NCBI GenBank assembly: GCA_937863565.1
Contig: CALMGJ010000013.1
Location: forward strand, 62,001-124,292
Origin: an uncultured bacterium
GTDB taxonomy: Bacteria > AUK180
Direction of reading: 5' to 3'
DNA: 62,292 nucleotides
Shown here: positions 19,865-29,189 of the stretch, one piece after another
Numbering within the stretch: the stretch's first letter is position 1
How the letters are laid out: each line of letters starts with the position of its first letter
The notes under the pieces: generated by a model
Database searches by the model: none
What the model saw: the letters and a program-made list of their open reading frames with translations, nothing else
What the model was told of the DNA's origin: nothing
Made by a program: the position numbers and the translations under genes

Positions 19865-21029
19865 AGTTCTCCCTGGCAATATGATCCGCGAACGGTTCCA
19901 GAGCGGGAGGATCCAGCAGCATCGAGACACTGTAGCCGGAGAAGTGCATATCGTGGACCTTTATCCCCTTTTTCCCGATCATGCCTACGATCTTCCTGTA
20001 GAACTCCTCATATTTACCGTAACCCCAGCCTACGACAAGGATCCTCTTAAAAGGGCCCTTTTGGGAATATGCAAAACCTTGGCGGTCGAGCGTTCTTTCA
20101 ATGCTCTTCAGATGGGAGGGATTGACCGTGAAAAGCAATCTATCCCTGCTTTTCCCTTCCCCGCTCAATTTGTCGAGGAAATTGATATTGGGGTCGGCGC
20201 TGAGCAATTTCACTATACTTTCATCTGAAATATCCTTCACTATGATCTGGTACTCGTCGTCCTTCACGCTCAAAGCGAGCATCTTCTCGCCGGCAAATGA
20301 GAAATCCTCATTGACTACTACGGTCCTTTCGGAACTGTCAAGGGACTTGATGATCAGGGGGACGCTGTATTTGGCAGCCAATTCAGCAGCTTTAGCAGAG
20401 ACGATCTTTACATCGCCGCGGGCAAGTTCGAGGAGGCTCGTATAATCTATTTTCTTGATCCGTTTGCCCTTCTTAAGCGAAGGGTTCACATTCAATATCC
20501 CCTCCGTATCCTTGTAGAACTCTACGAATTCCGCCTTAAGAGCGGCCCCCAGGGCGACCGCGGTAAGATCGCTGCCGCCACGGCCGAGAGTCGTTATTTC
20601 TTCAAGTGCATTGACGCCCTGAAAGCCGGCAACGATGACGACTCTCCCGAAATGGAGTTCTCCAAGTATCTTTTCCGAGTTGATCTTGAATATGCTCGCA
20701 TTCCCGTGCTCCGAGTCCGTTATCATACCTATCTGATGCCCCGTGAAGGAGATAGCGGGGATATGGATGCTCTGCAGATACAGGGAAAGCAGCGCCCCGG
20801 ATTTTTGTTCCCCCGTGGAAATGAGCATATCAAGTTCGCGAGGGTCAGGATCGCTGCACAGGGCTTTGGCATATGAGATCAGCTTGTCTGTTTCTTTTTT
20901 CAGCGCAGAAACGACGGCGACGACCGACACTTGCCTTTTCAGTGTATCCTTTATATTCTTGCCTATGTGTGCCAGATCCGAAAAATCGCTGAGTACGGAA
21001 CCTCCGTATTTCTGGACGATCAGGCTCAT
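19857..21029 (-). CDS. lysC: Aspartate kinase
   Basis: VQKYGGS, VVSA, STGEQ, VAGFQG, TTLGRGGSDLTAV; divergent ACT region. Confidence 0.9.
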   Translation of the reverse strand: MSLIVQKYGGSVLSDFSDLAHIGKNIKDTLKRQVSVVAVVSALKKETDKLISYAKALCSDPDPRELDMLISTGEQKSGALLSLYLQSIHIPAISFTGHQIGMITDSEHGNASIFKINSEKILGELHFGRVVIVAGFQGVNALEEITTLGRGGSDLTAVALGAALKAEFVEFYKDTEGILNVNPSLKKGKRIKKIDYTSLLELARGDVKIVSAKAAELAAKYSVPLIIKSLDSSERTVVVNEDFSFAGEKMLALSVKDDEYQIIVKDISDESIVKLLSADPNINFLDKLSGEGKSRDRLLFTVNPSHLKSIERTLDRQGFAYSQKGPFKRILVVGWGYGKYEEFYRKIVGMIGKKGIKVHDMHFSGYSVSMLLDPPALEPFADHIARENYD

Positions 21030-21949
21030 TTAAAATTCTCTCTGTACCAATCCGCCGTCTTCTTCAGTCCCCTTTTAATGTCCACCGAGGGTTTCCAATT
21101 CACTGCCTTGCCGATCTTCTTGTATGAGAGGCAGCTGCGGAGAAGTTCTCCGGGCCTCAGTTCTAGCATGATAGGCACTCTTTCATAGTGAAGTTCGGGA
21201 GCAAGCACCTTGAATATTTCATTGACGGATGTCTCCGTCTGAGTGCAGACGTTATAAGTGCCGTGCTTTTTTGTTTCGAAGATCTTCATCATGGCGTCAA
21301 CCGCATCAGAAACATAGATGAAATCCCTTGTCTGGTTCCCGTCGCCGTATATGTTTATCTTCTTGTCCTTCAGCATCCTGTGTACGAATATGGATACGAC
21401 CCCTGCTTCGCTCTGAGGGTTCTGGCGGGGACCGTAGACATTGGAGAATCTGAACACCGAATATTTGAAATTATAGATCTTCTTGAAGCATGCCAGGTAT
21501 TTCTCTATCGTGAACTTATCGATGCCGTAAGGAGAGAGAGGTTCGATGGGATGGTCTTCCGAGGCGGGGTATTCGAGCTGATCGCCGTAGACGGCTCCTC
21601 CCGTCGAAGCGAAATAGATCTCCTTGGCGCCGTATTTCGCGGCATTGACGATGAGGTTCACCGATCCCTTGACGTTCACGTCAATTTCATATTCTATCTC
21701 GCTCAGCGATTTACGGATGTCTATCTGCGCTGCGAAATGGAATACGGTATCGATCTCGTGGTTCTGGAAGATCTTCTTGAGATTCAGGGAACGCACGTCC
21801 ATCTTATAGAATATCGCGCTTTTATTCACATTTTCCTTGAGCCCCGTTACAAGATTGTCGATGATGATGACGTTCTTCCCGCTTTGAATGAGACGGTCAG
21901 CAAGATGTGAGCCGATGAATCCGGCACCGCCTGTAATCAGTATGTTCAT
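21026..21949 (-). CDS. NAD-dependent nucleotide-sugar epimerase (UDP-glucose 4-epimerase-like)
   Basis: TGGAGFIGSH, ASTGGAVYG, SPYGIDK (YxxxK), NVYGPRQ, TRDFIYV. Confidence 0.92.
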   Translation of the reverse strand: MNILITGGAGFIGSHLADRLIQSGKNVIIIDNLVTGLKENVNKSAIFYKMDVRSLNLKKIFQNHEIDTVFHFAAQIDIRKSLSEIEYEIDVNVKGSVNLIVNAAKYGAKEIYFASTGGAVYGDQLEYPASEDHPIEPLSPYGIDKFTIEKYLACFKKIYNFKYSVFRFSNVYGPRQNPQSEAGVVSIFVHRMLKDKKINIYGDGNQTRDFIYVSDAVDAMMKIFETKKHGTYNVCTQTETSVNEIFKVLAPELHYERVPIMLELRPGELLRSCLSYKKIGKAVNWKPSVDIKRGLKKTADWYRENFK

Positions 21950-22671
21950 TTTAAACCTTCCTTCATCTTTTTTACCGCAGTTCCGAGGCCTAAAAGAGAA
22001 GCATAGCTTACCAGGAAATGGCCTATGCTGGCCTCTTCGATATATTTATTCCGAACGAACGGTTTTATATTGTCGATTGTAAGTCCGTGTCCTATGTGGA
22101 CCCTCAGACCTTTTTTAAAAGCGTATTCCGCGGTCTTTCTTATCTTCATGACCTCTCTTTTTATCCCGGATTCATTTCCCTGAAGATAGGCATTGGCGTA
22201 TATTCCGGTATGGAGTTCAACGATATCCGCCCCGGCACGCGCAGAAGCATCCACTGCACTTTTTCCGGGTTCTATGAAAAGGCTTACGGCGATCCCCGCT
22301 TTTTGCAGGACAGGAATTGTTTTTTTCAATTCACCCGCAATAGGGCTAAGCGCAAGACCGCTCTCCGTAGTCAGCTCCTGCCTTTTCTCAGGAACAAGCG
22401 TTACCTGGAAGGGTTTGATCGAAAGTGCTGTTCTGATCATTTTAGGAGTGAAGGCCATTTCGAGGTTCAACCTGTCTATTATCTTCTTAAGTACGCGCAG
22501 ATCGGAGGGCTGCGTATGTCTGTGATCCTCTCTCAGATGTACGGTTATCCCATGAGCACCGGCTTTGACCGCGATAATGGCGGCTGCCGCCGGCGAAGGG
22601 AAGCCTTCGCCTCTTTGCTCTCTTAATGTTGCGATATGGTCTATGTTTACAGAAAGTTTCATAAACTCCAT
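21946..22671 (-). CDS. pdxJ: Pyridoxine 5'-phosphate synthase
   Basis: LSVNIDHIATLR, ITVHLREDHRH, LNLEM, TLVPE, ELHTG, GHGL, SIGH; start 22671 or 22662. Confidence 0.96.
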   Translation of the reverse strand: MEFMKLSVNIDHIATLREQRGEGFPSPAAAAIIAVKAGAHGITVHLREDHRHTQPSDLRVLKKIIDRLNLEMAFTPKMIRTALSIKPFQVTLVPEKRQELTTESGLALSPIAGELKKTIPVLQKAGIAVSLFIEPGKSAVDASARAGADIVELHTGIYANAYLQGNESGIKREVMKIRKTAEYAFKKGLRVHIGHGLTIDNIKPFVRNKYIEEASIGHFLVSYASLLGLGTAVKKMKEGLK

Positions 22672-22680
22672 TTTATTGGT

Positions 22681-22710
22681 ATTATAACATTTTAAATACG
22701 CAAAAATCAA
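22681..22710 (-). promoter_or_regulatory. sigma70-type promoter of the pdxJ-to-comB operon
   Basis: TTGATT-N18-TATAAT with extended TG. Confidence 0.65.
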
Positions 22711-22745
22711 GGGTTTTATGATAAATATGTCACTTTTTTGAGCAC

Positions 22746-24320
22746 TCAGCGCTTGATGAACATGTAAATCACGCTGCTAAGGACAATAATGAAGAAAATT
22801 ATACTTTCAAATATTTTTATCTTTTTAGGAGGGGCTGTTTTAGAACCCTCCGCTTTTGCATAGGTCAGCGAAGCACTGATCTTGGCATATTTCTCCTTGT
22901 TAAAACCTGTAAAAAAGTTTTCGCTGTCATTCTCACTGACGCTGAACGACCGCTTGAGTGTTCTCCGCATTCCGTTTTTAATATATCCGATATTCACTGT
23001 GAGAGCATTATCGGTAGTATTCGCAGTAAATTCGGATATATCCTTCCCGATCATTTTCCCATTGATCTCCACATCGCCTTTCCCGGAAAAAATGAATCTC
23101 ACGGGAAGCCCTTTCACGGGATTGTTCCTGTTCATTGAAATATGTTCTTCCTCCGAAAGCCGTTTCAGGAAACGGTCCGCGGCGCCGTCGACAAGTTTTT
23201 TTATATTCCTGTTCCCGGAAAGGTAAGCGTGCGAGTAATTGCTCAAAAGAAGAAGCACGCCGGAATCCGTTTCGGCGATAATCGGTTTTCCTTCATCATC
23301 CGACACGGCTGTTCTTCCATCCGGTTTTCCGGCCGGGAAGATATCCCTGAAAAGCTCGCCGTTCAATTTGAGCATTTGTCCGCTGTTCTTTCCGCCGGCC
23401 GCGGTACCCACATGGAGAGACGGGCCGTTCACAGGATACTTCGCAGATCCCTCATTGTAGTATACGATCCCGTGATAGACGGAAAGGTCTCCGGCAGGTT
23501 TTGAAATACTGAGGGTGTCCGTTCTGTAGCCTCCTGCAGCAAGAAGACGGGTTATGATCCCTATATCCGCGGATGGGTATCTGTAGACAACAAGTATCCG
23601 GGGGTCTTTTTTAAGTACGGTGATATCCCTCGTTATCATATTATCGAAAAAAGGATCGTCCGCATATGCGGCGACCGTGAACTGGTAGACCCCGTGAGCA
23701 GGGAAAACAGGCCGGAGAGGTACGAATGTCACTCCTTCTTTCACGCGTGTTTTAACTTCACATTCCTTTTTGCCGTCTATCATGCCGATGAGAACGGTCC
23801 CTTTTTCAGTATCCGATACGATCTTCACAAACACGGGATCGCCTGAACCTTCCTCAAGGACCTCAGGATACAAAGCCTCTACGGAAATGTTCTGTGGTGT
23901 CTGTTCCTTTTCTAGAGGCTTTAATTCGATATCGGCTTTCAAAGGCCGGTCGAAAGGGAGATCGGTATAGTTGAAATCGGAAAAAAAGACAGCTTTTTTC
24001 CCAAAGATCGAAGAGAAAAGAGCCGTTCTCCGAAGAAGCGCGAAGATACCGGAATCCGTGCCGTCAAAACCCCGGCAAGCAGTAAAACCGTTCTGAGCGG
24101 AAAGCATGCCGTTATCCGTTGCAAGGGCCTGTACGGCCATGCTTCGGGAAGTATCCGCTATACTGACACGGTCCGCCGTCACGACCTGTTTGAGTGTCAC
24201 GGCGATACCGGACAGTGTAAGCAGCATCAGAAGCGCGGGAATTATACGGGCAGATCTATGGCCTCTGCGGAAAAGACTTAAAACGATATACGCGGAAACT
24301 GATAAGATGACCGGGAACAT
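22746..24320 (-). CDS. Membrane protein with degenerate vWA (MIDAS-like) motif
   Basis: N-terminal hydrophobic segments, ADTSRSM (DxSxS), FFSD, C-terminal TM followed by KR. Confidence 0.6.
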   Translation of the reverse strand: MFPVILSVSAYIVLSLFRRGHRSARIIPALLMLLTLSGIAVTLKQVVTADRVSIADTSRSMAVQALATDNGMLSAQNGFTACRGFDGTDSGIFALLRRTALFSSIFGKKAVFFSDFNYTDLPFDRPLKADIELKPLEKEQTPQNISVEALYPEVLEEGSGDPVFVKIVSDTEKGTVLIGMIDGKKECEVKTRVKEGVTFVPLRPVFPAHGVYQFTVAAYADDPFFDNMITRDITVLKKDPRILVVYRYPSADIGIITRLLAAGGYRTDTLSISKPAGDLSVYHGIVYYNEGSAKYPVNGPSLHVGTAAGGKNSGQMLKLNGELFRDIFPAGKPDGRTAVSDDEGKPIIAETDSGVLLLLSNYSHAYLSGNRNIKKLVDGAADRFLKRLSEEEHISMNRNNPVKGLPVRFIFSGKGDVEINGKMIGKDISEFTANTTDNALTVNIGYIKNGMRRTLKRSFSVSENDSENFFTGFNKEKYAKISASLTYAKAEGSKTAPPKKIKIFESIIFFIIVLSSVIYMFIKR

Positions 24321-24323
24321 CCT

Positions 24324-25376
24324 TTATTTAAGTCCGAGAGCGCCTTTCAGAATAAGTGCCGCAGAGAGTGAGAAGTCCACGAGCAGCGTCTCGTCATCCG
24401 CCGAGAATTTATTCTTCTTCATGGATTCCACATTGAGAACGCCGATGAGCCGGTCGGATATCATAAGAGGAGCGGCGAGTTCAGCGCCCGTTTGGGAGCC
24501 TTCAACGGATAGGTATCGAGCGTCCTTTGATACATCGTTCACGCGGATAGAATGACGCTCCTTTGCGCAAAGTCCGGTCACTCCCTTGCCGAGAGGAATG
24601 CTCAAACCGTCCTTATACCGGTCGCTCAGACCGTATGAAGAATACAGGTTGAGGGCCACGGCACTTTCATTGTAGATGAGCACGCCGGCCGAATCGGCTT
24701 CGAATATCTCGGCCAGTTTTTTCACGATCAGGTCAAGCACTCTTCTCGGTTCGAGGTCCAGAAGAAGCATCCTGTCCACTTCTCTTAGGTTTTCAAGGGC
24801 TTTCACGCGGCGAATATCCTTCTGGCGTATCAGCGTATTCTGAAGAATAAGTTTATAGAACGGGATCATCAGCTCATAAACGGAAAGATCGTGTTTATCG
24901 AATTCAGAACTTCCCGTTTTGTCCGCGCTGAAAAGGCAGTAATGCATCCCATCCTCGTTGATCAGAGGCTCGAAAAGAGCCGATTGCAGATTAAAGGCCG
25001 AGAAGAGCTCTTCGGGGAAATGAGGCTCATTTTGCCGCGCCGCACTGAACAGAACGGCCTTCCTGCTGTCCAGAAGAGGGAACATCTCTTTTTTCCCCGT
25101 CATGAACGAGCTCAATTCTCCCTTGTCGATCCCGAACGAGAATATGACATCATACTGTTCTTTTATATTGTCGCGGTAGAACACGGCGCATTTCGTGATT
25201 TTCATGAGCCGCATGATCGAGGATGCGATAGCCGAGACGGTATCCTCTACTCCGGCGGCCGGTTTTTCCATTAGCACATTGACCTCTTTAAGAAGGGCGA
25301 TGAGCTCTCTTGATCTGAGAGAATCGTCGATATGCTTAAGGTCAGGCCGGAAGAGCTCTTTAAAGATATTCTTCAT
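24324..25376 (-). CDS. Tandem GAF-domain protein without output domain
   Basis: C-terminal GAF: GKGVTG...VNDVSKDARY...LAAPL...IGVLNVES...FSADD; N-terminal degenerate GAF. Confidence 0.82.
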   Translation of the reverse strand: MKNIFKELFRPDLKHIDDSLRSRELIALLKEVNVLMEKPAAGVEDTVSAIASSIMRLMKITKCAVFYRDNIKEQYDVIFSFGIDKGELSSFMTGKKEMFPLLDSRKAVLFSAARQNEPHFPEELFSAFNLQSALFEPLINEDGMHYCLFSADKTGSSEFDKHDLSVYELMIPFYKLILQNTLIRQKDIRRVKALENLREVDRMLLLDLEPRRVLDLIVKKLAEIFEADSAGVLIYNESAVALNLYSSYGLSDRYKDGLSIPLGKGVTGLCAKERHSIRVNDVSKDARYLSVEGSQTGAELAAPLMISDRLIGVLNVESMKKNKFSADDETLLVDFSLSAALILKGALGLK

Positions 25377-25714
25377 CTTATCGCCTCATCCCCCGTTTCA
25401 CCTGTACGTATTCTGATCACTCTTTCAACGGCCTCGACCCAGATCTTTCCGTCACCCATCCTTCCCGTCTGCAGGAATTCCTGGAGCTTTTCGAGGATAT
25501 GTTCCAGATCGCTGTCGAGAACGAGCATTTCTATCCTGCATTTCGGAAGGTCAATGATCTCGAAATTCTTGCCCGAGACGAGTTCCTTATGACCATACTG
25601 CCGCCCGAATCCCGTCACGTCGGAAAGCGTCCCTCCCTTTACCGGAATGGTCTTCAGGAATTTCAAAAGGTCCTTTTTTATATTTTCTCTGAATATGACG
25701 GTTATTTTCTTCAT
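25373..25714 (-). CDS. P-II family signal transduction protein
   Basis: GFGRQYG, LPK, TGRMGDGKIWV, RIRTGE; 113 aa. Confidence 0.93.
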   Translation of the reverse strand: MKKITVIFRENIKKDLLKFLKTIPVKGGTLSDVTGFGRQYGHKELVSGKNFEIIDLPKCRIEMLVLDSDLEHILEKLQEFLQTGRMGDGKIWVEAVERVIRIRTGETGDEAIR

Positions 25715-25719
25715 AGTAT

Positions 25720-25748
25720 ATTTTACAAAATTAAACGATTTATTTCAA
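25720..25748 (-). promoter_or_regulatory. sigma70-type promoter of PII operon
   Basis: TTGAAA-N17-TAAAAT, 5 nt before ATG. Confidence 0.7.
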
Positions 25749-25785
25749 GCGTTTAACCGGGCGGTGCCGGTTCTGCTTTCCGCGG

Positions 25786-26137
25786 TCATTTCCTCGGCTT
25801 CTTCCAGACAGATACCGTCATCTCGTCAATATAGGCTTATCCTCCAGGGATAGAACTTACAGAACAGCCCGGAAAACGGCATCTGCCGACATCATCCAAT
25901 CCGTTCCCAGAGGATTGTCCTTCTGGAAATCCGTTGCTACAGAGGCGGGGCATATGGGCGTGACTTTGACATTACAGAGCTCTCTTCGAGAGCAAGCGAT
26001 TTCAAGTAGCCCAGCGCTTCCCTGTCCCTGCCTGAGATCATAACCCTGACGCCCGATCTTGCGAGTGTAAGGGTGATAGCCTTTCCTATCCCCCTGTTCC
26101 CTCCTGTGACGATCGCCGTTCTGCCTTTCAGTCCCAT
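25786..26137 (-). pseudogene. Decayed short-chain dehydrogenase/reductase
   Basis: TGGNRGIG N-terminus joined directly to LKSLALE; frameshift to NVKVTPICPASVATD; in-frame TAA; second frameshift to AYIDEMTV. Confidence 0.8.
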
Positions 26138-26218
26138 AGTTCTCCCTTTTCTTCATTCTACATTTTTTCTTCATTAGTCCAAATATTTCAGACGGTAAGA
26201 ACGCACTTCCCCACCCGG

Positions 26219-26247
26219 TTGATTTTTTTTTGAAATATATGTAAAAT
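26219..26247 (+). promoter_or_regulatory. sigma70-type promoter
   Basis: TTGATT-N17-TAAAAT, 5 nt before ATG 26253. Confidence 0.7.
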
Positions 26248-26252
26248 TCGGA

Positions 26253-29189
26253 ATGAACACAAAAACATTAGAAAAGATCACTTTCTGGGCACAACTTGCT
26301 ACCATGCTCTTTCTTTCCTTCCTTGTTGCGATATTGCTTTCCCGTCAGACCGTGGACAGTTCAATTCTGAAAACATCGTGGGCTTTCGCACTGGCTCCGG
26401 TGATATTTTTTCTGTTCGTGATACGAATATCCCTTTTCAAAGGCGTCTATAAGCTCACGTTTTTGGAATACATCGTCCTCTCATACTATATCTGGGCGCT
26501 TCTCAATACGCTTTTCATCTCGCATTTCAGGCACGAGAGCCTTCTCCATCTTTTTAAAATATCATCGTACGTGATGATCTTTTTCGCTGCCGGAGAGATC
26601 TCCGGGAAAAAGGAATTCCGGGATATCTTCAATTATTTCATGATCTCTCTTGCGGGTGCGCTGATCACCTACGGCATGATGCAGAAGCTCGGCATGGATA
26701 TTTTCCAATGGGAGGGCGCTTCATCCGCGAACAGGATACTTTCCACTTTCGGGAATTCCATCTTCTATGCTAATTTCCTCCTCATGCTGTTGCCCTTCAT
26801 ATTCACGAATCTCGTCAAGGAAGTGCTCGGTTTCCTTAAATCTAAAAAGGACGTTTCTCCCATCTCCTTTCTACTGTCTCTTATTATCATGTTCGGCGTC
26901 CTCTGGCTTCTTGCGGCAATAGCATTCCGCATCTCCAAAGCCAAAGGGGGGTTTTCCGTACCGTTCCACAGATATGCGGTCATATCTCTTATTCTCGTAT
27001 ATGCGCTGATCAACTACTTCCTCATGAAAAAACTCAAGACCACGTACATGATCGTTTATCTTCTTTCGGCGAGCGTATTCGGCGTCTTCTCTCTGATATT
27101 CACCCTCTCCAGGGGGGCCTGGCTCGGTTTCATCCCGATGTTCATTTATTTCCTCTTTTTCACGGCTCTTTTTTTGAACAGGTTCGGATATCTGAAAATG
27201 CCCGGGAAGAATGTCTTTTTCGCCTCCTTCGCGGTCTTTGCAGGGATCATCCTTCTGGTGTTCCTGTTCCTGCCGGACAATATCAAGAACAGAGTGAAGG
27301 ATATCAAGCTCTCATCAACAACCGTCCAGGTTAGAACTACGATCTGGAAAGGAGCGTTGAGGATGATAAAGGCAAAGCCGGTCGGAGGTTTCGGCAGCGG
27401 CACTTTTCAACTCAATTTCCCTTCTTACAGACCCGATGATTATTCGACCAAGGCCGTTTCCAATAATACGATAAACACTCATTGCGAATACCTTCAGGTA
27501 GCGTCGAACATGGGGATGATCGGTTTTCTGATATTCGTTTTCCTGGGTTTCTCTCTCGTCGCGACAAATGCCCGATATCTGAAGAGGCTCATGAACGTAG
27601 ACGATTTTTTCTTCATGCTCTCCCTCGGGAGCGCCATTCTCGGGATACTCGTTCACGCATTATGGTGCGTTTCGATGCGTTTTACATCAACGATCATATA
27701 CTATTATCTTTATATCGGCTTCCTTTCCGGAATGGTCCGGTTCTATAAAGGGTCCGGCGGCGAGGAGGTGCGCGGCAAACCTTCATTCGCACTCTATCTG
27801 GGACTGGCAGGCATCCTGATCATTTCGCCCCTTTGGATGATAAAGGCGGATAAATTCTATGTGCGGGATTATTTCATTAGGCAGGGCATGCTGGCTGAGG
27901 AGGACATCAACAGAATAGATGCGGACGAGAGGCAGGCCGATTCATACCTGAACGATTCCCTTAAGAACGGGAAACCCAACGGGAAAGCACTCGAATTCAT
28001 GCTCAAGATTAGCAAATACTGGTACTCGATAAGGGCTTTTGCCCTGGATGCGCGGGAGAGGGCCGTATTTGAAGGATTCTTTAAATCCGCATCTAAGGAA
28101 AGAGAGCTCGATCCCAAGCGCAAGTACGGCATCAGGATCGTCCGGAACGATATGTACGAATTCCTTGCTCATAAGATGACTTTCGAAAAGATCGATGCCT
28201 TTATGACCGCCTATACTTCCATTTTCAATATTAATTATTCCGGGAAGAAAGCAGGCACGCGGAAAAAATATCTGCAGATATCAGTCGACTGGCTCATGAG
28301 CCTTATCGAAACGGGAAGGACGGGGTTCCCCGATATTCTTGCCGAGGCAGTGGAAAAATACCGCAGGGGCACGCTTTCCGTGCAGGAACTGGACGAACTC
28401 AGAAAGGTCTTTAAAAAATTCACGGCGTCTTTGAAGAGAGTTTATAATACCAGAACGGTCCTGTTCTATAATATGGGCATCATCACTGATTTCATCACCT
28501 ATGACTGTCATTATAAGAAGGCAAGCGCCTATTTTGAACTCGGCATGGTCAAGGAAGCTCTGGAATCATATGATGAACTCGAAACGATAGCCCCGGAATA
28601 CACTCAGCTCTCCTACAATAAAGGCGTCGTTCTTCGTAAGCTCGCCCACAGTGAAAAAGGCGATCCCGGTAAAAGGAACGAGCTTCTCCAAAGATCCGTA
28701 GATGAGCTGGAAAAAAGCCGCATCATCAATCCCTACTTTATCAACACAAGAATGCTTCTTGCGGCCGATTATGAAGAGCAGGGTAAATACGATCTTGCCA
28801 ATGAGGAATATATGTTCTCTTACCGCTACTCGGTGGACCAGGTGATGAATTACCTTTATCCGCATCCCAATACGATTATGTTCAGAAGGAGCGATATCGA
28901 AAGGGGTATTCAGATCTTTGTGAATTCAGCCCGTAAGATCGACGCATATTTCGAGAATAATTCCCGGAATGAGGACCTGGACGCCTTTAAAAAGGAATAC
29001 ACCCTGGCAGTGGAAGGGATCAAAGAGAAGAGTGTGAAGCTCTTCGAGGAGTTCTCAAGCACTTCTTATCCCCCGGAGATAACGAACGAGAAAAAGAAAC
29101 AGCAGGCCATGGGATTTCTGAAAAGCATAGAGATAACCATGGACAGGGTGAAGGAACTCGTCAGATCTTCCACCAGTATTCAAGATTAA
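26253..29189 (+). CDS. O-antigen ligase (Wzy_C)-family membrane protein with C-terminal TPR region
   Basis: Many TMs, STFGNSIF, TLSRGAW, RTTIW..GGFGSGTF, HCEYLQ..GMIG; TPR-like repeats in C-terminal third. Confidence 0.85.
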   Translation: MNTKTLEKITFWAQLATMLFLSFLVAILLSRQTVDSSILKTSWAFALAPVIFFLFVIRISLFKGVYKLTFLEYIVLSYYIWALLNTLFISHFRHESLLHLFKISSYVMIFFAAGEISGKKEFRDIFNYFMISLAGALITYGMMQKLGMDIFQWEGASSANRILSTFGNSIFYANFLLMLLPFIFTNLVKEVLGFLKSKKDVSPISFLLSLIIMFGVLWLLAAIAFRISKAKGGFSVPFHRYAVISLILVYALINYFLMKKLKTTYMIVYLLSASVFGVFSLIFTLSRGAWLGFIPMFIYFLFFTALFLNRFGYLKMPGKNVFFASFAVFAGIILLVFLFLPDNIKNRVKDIKLSSTTVQVRTTIWKGALRMIKAKPVGGFGSGTFQLNFPSYRPDDYSTKAVSNNTINTHCEYLQVASNMGMIGFLIFVFLGFSLVATNARYLKRLMNVDDFFFMLSLGSAILGILVHALWCVSMRFTSTIIYYYLYIGFLSGMVRFYKGSGGEEVRGKPSFALYLGLAGILIISPLWMIKADKFYVRDYFIRQGMLAEEDINRIDADERQADSYLNDSLKNGKPNGKALEFMLKISKYWYSIRAFALDARERAVFEGFFKSASKERELDPKRKYGIRIVRNDMYEFLAHKMTFEKIDAFMTAYTSIFNINYSGKKAGTRKKYLQISVDWLMSLIETGRTGFPDILAEAVEKYRRGTLSVQELDELRKVFKKFTASLKRVYNTRTVLFYNMGIITDFITYDCHYKKASAYFELGMVKEALESYDELETIAPEYTQLSYNKGVVLRKLAHSEKGDPGKRNELLQRSVDELEKSRIINPYFINTRMLLAADYEEQGKYDLANEEYMFSYRYSVDQVMNYLYPHPNTIMFRRSDIERGIQIFVNSARKIDAYFENNSRNEDLDAFKKEYTLAVEGIKEKSVKLFEEFSSTSYPPEITNEKKKQQAMGFLKSIEITMDRVKELVRSSTSIQD

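Noticed and set aside
25857-26174. 105-aa ORF, or programmed frameshift, in the SDR remnant
   Set aside because: Catalytic core is absent and there are several lesions; pseudogene is the simpler reading
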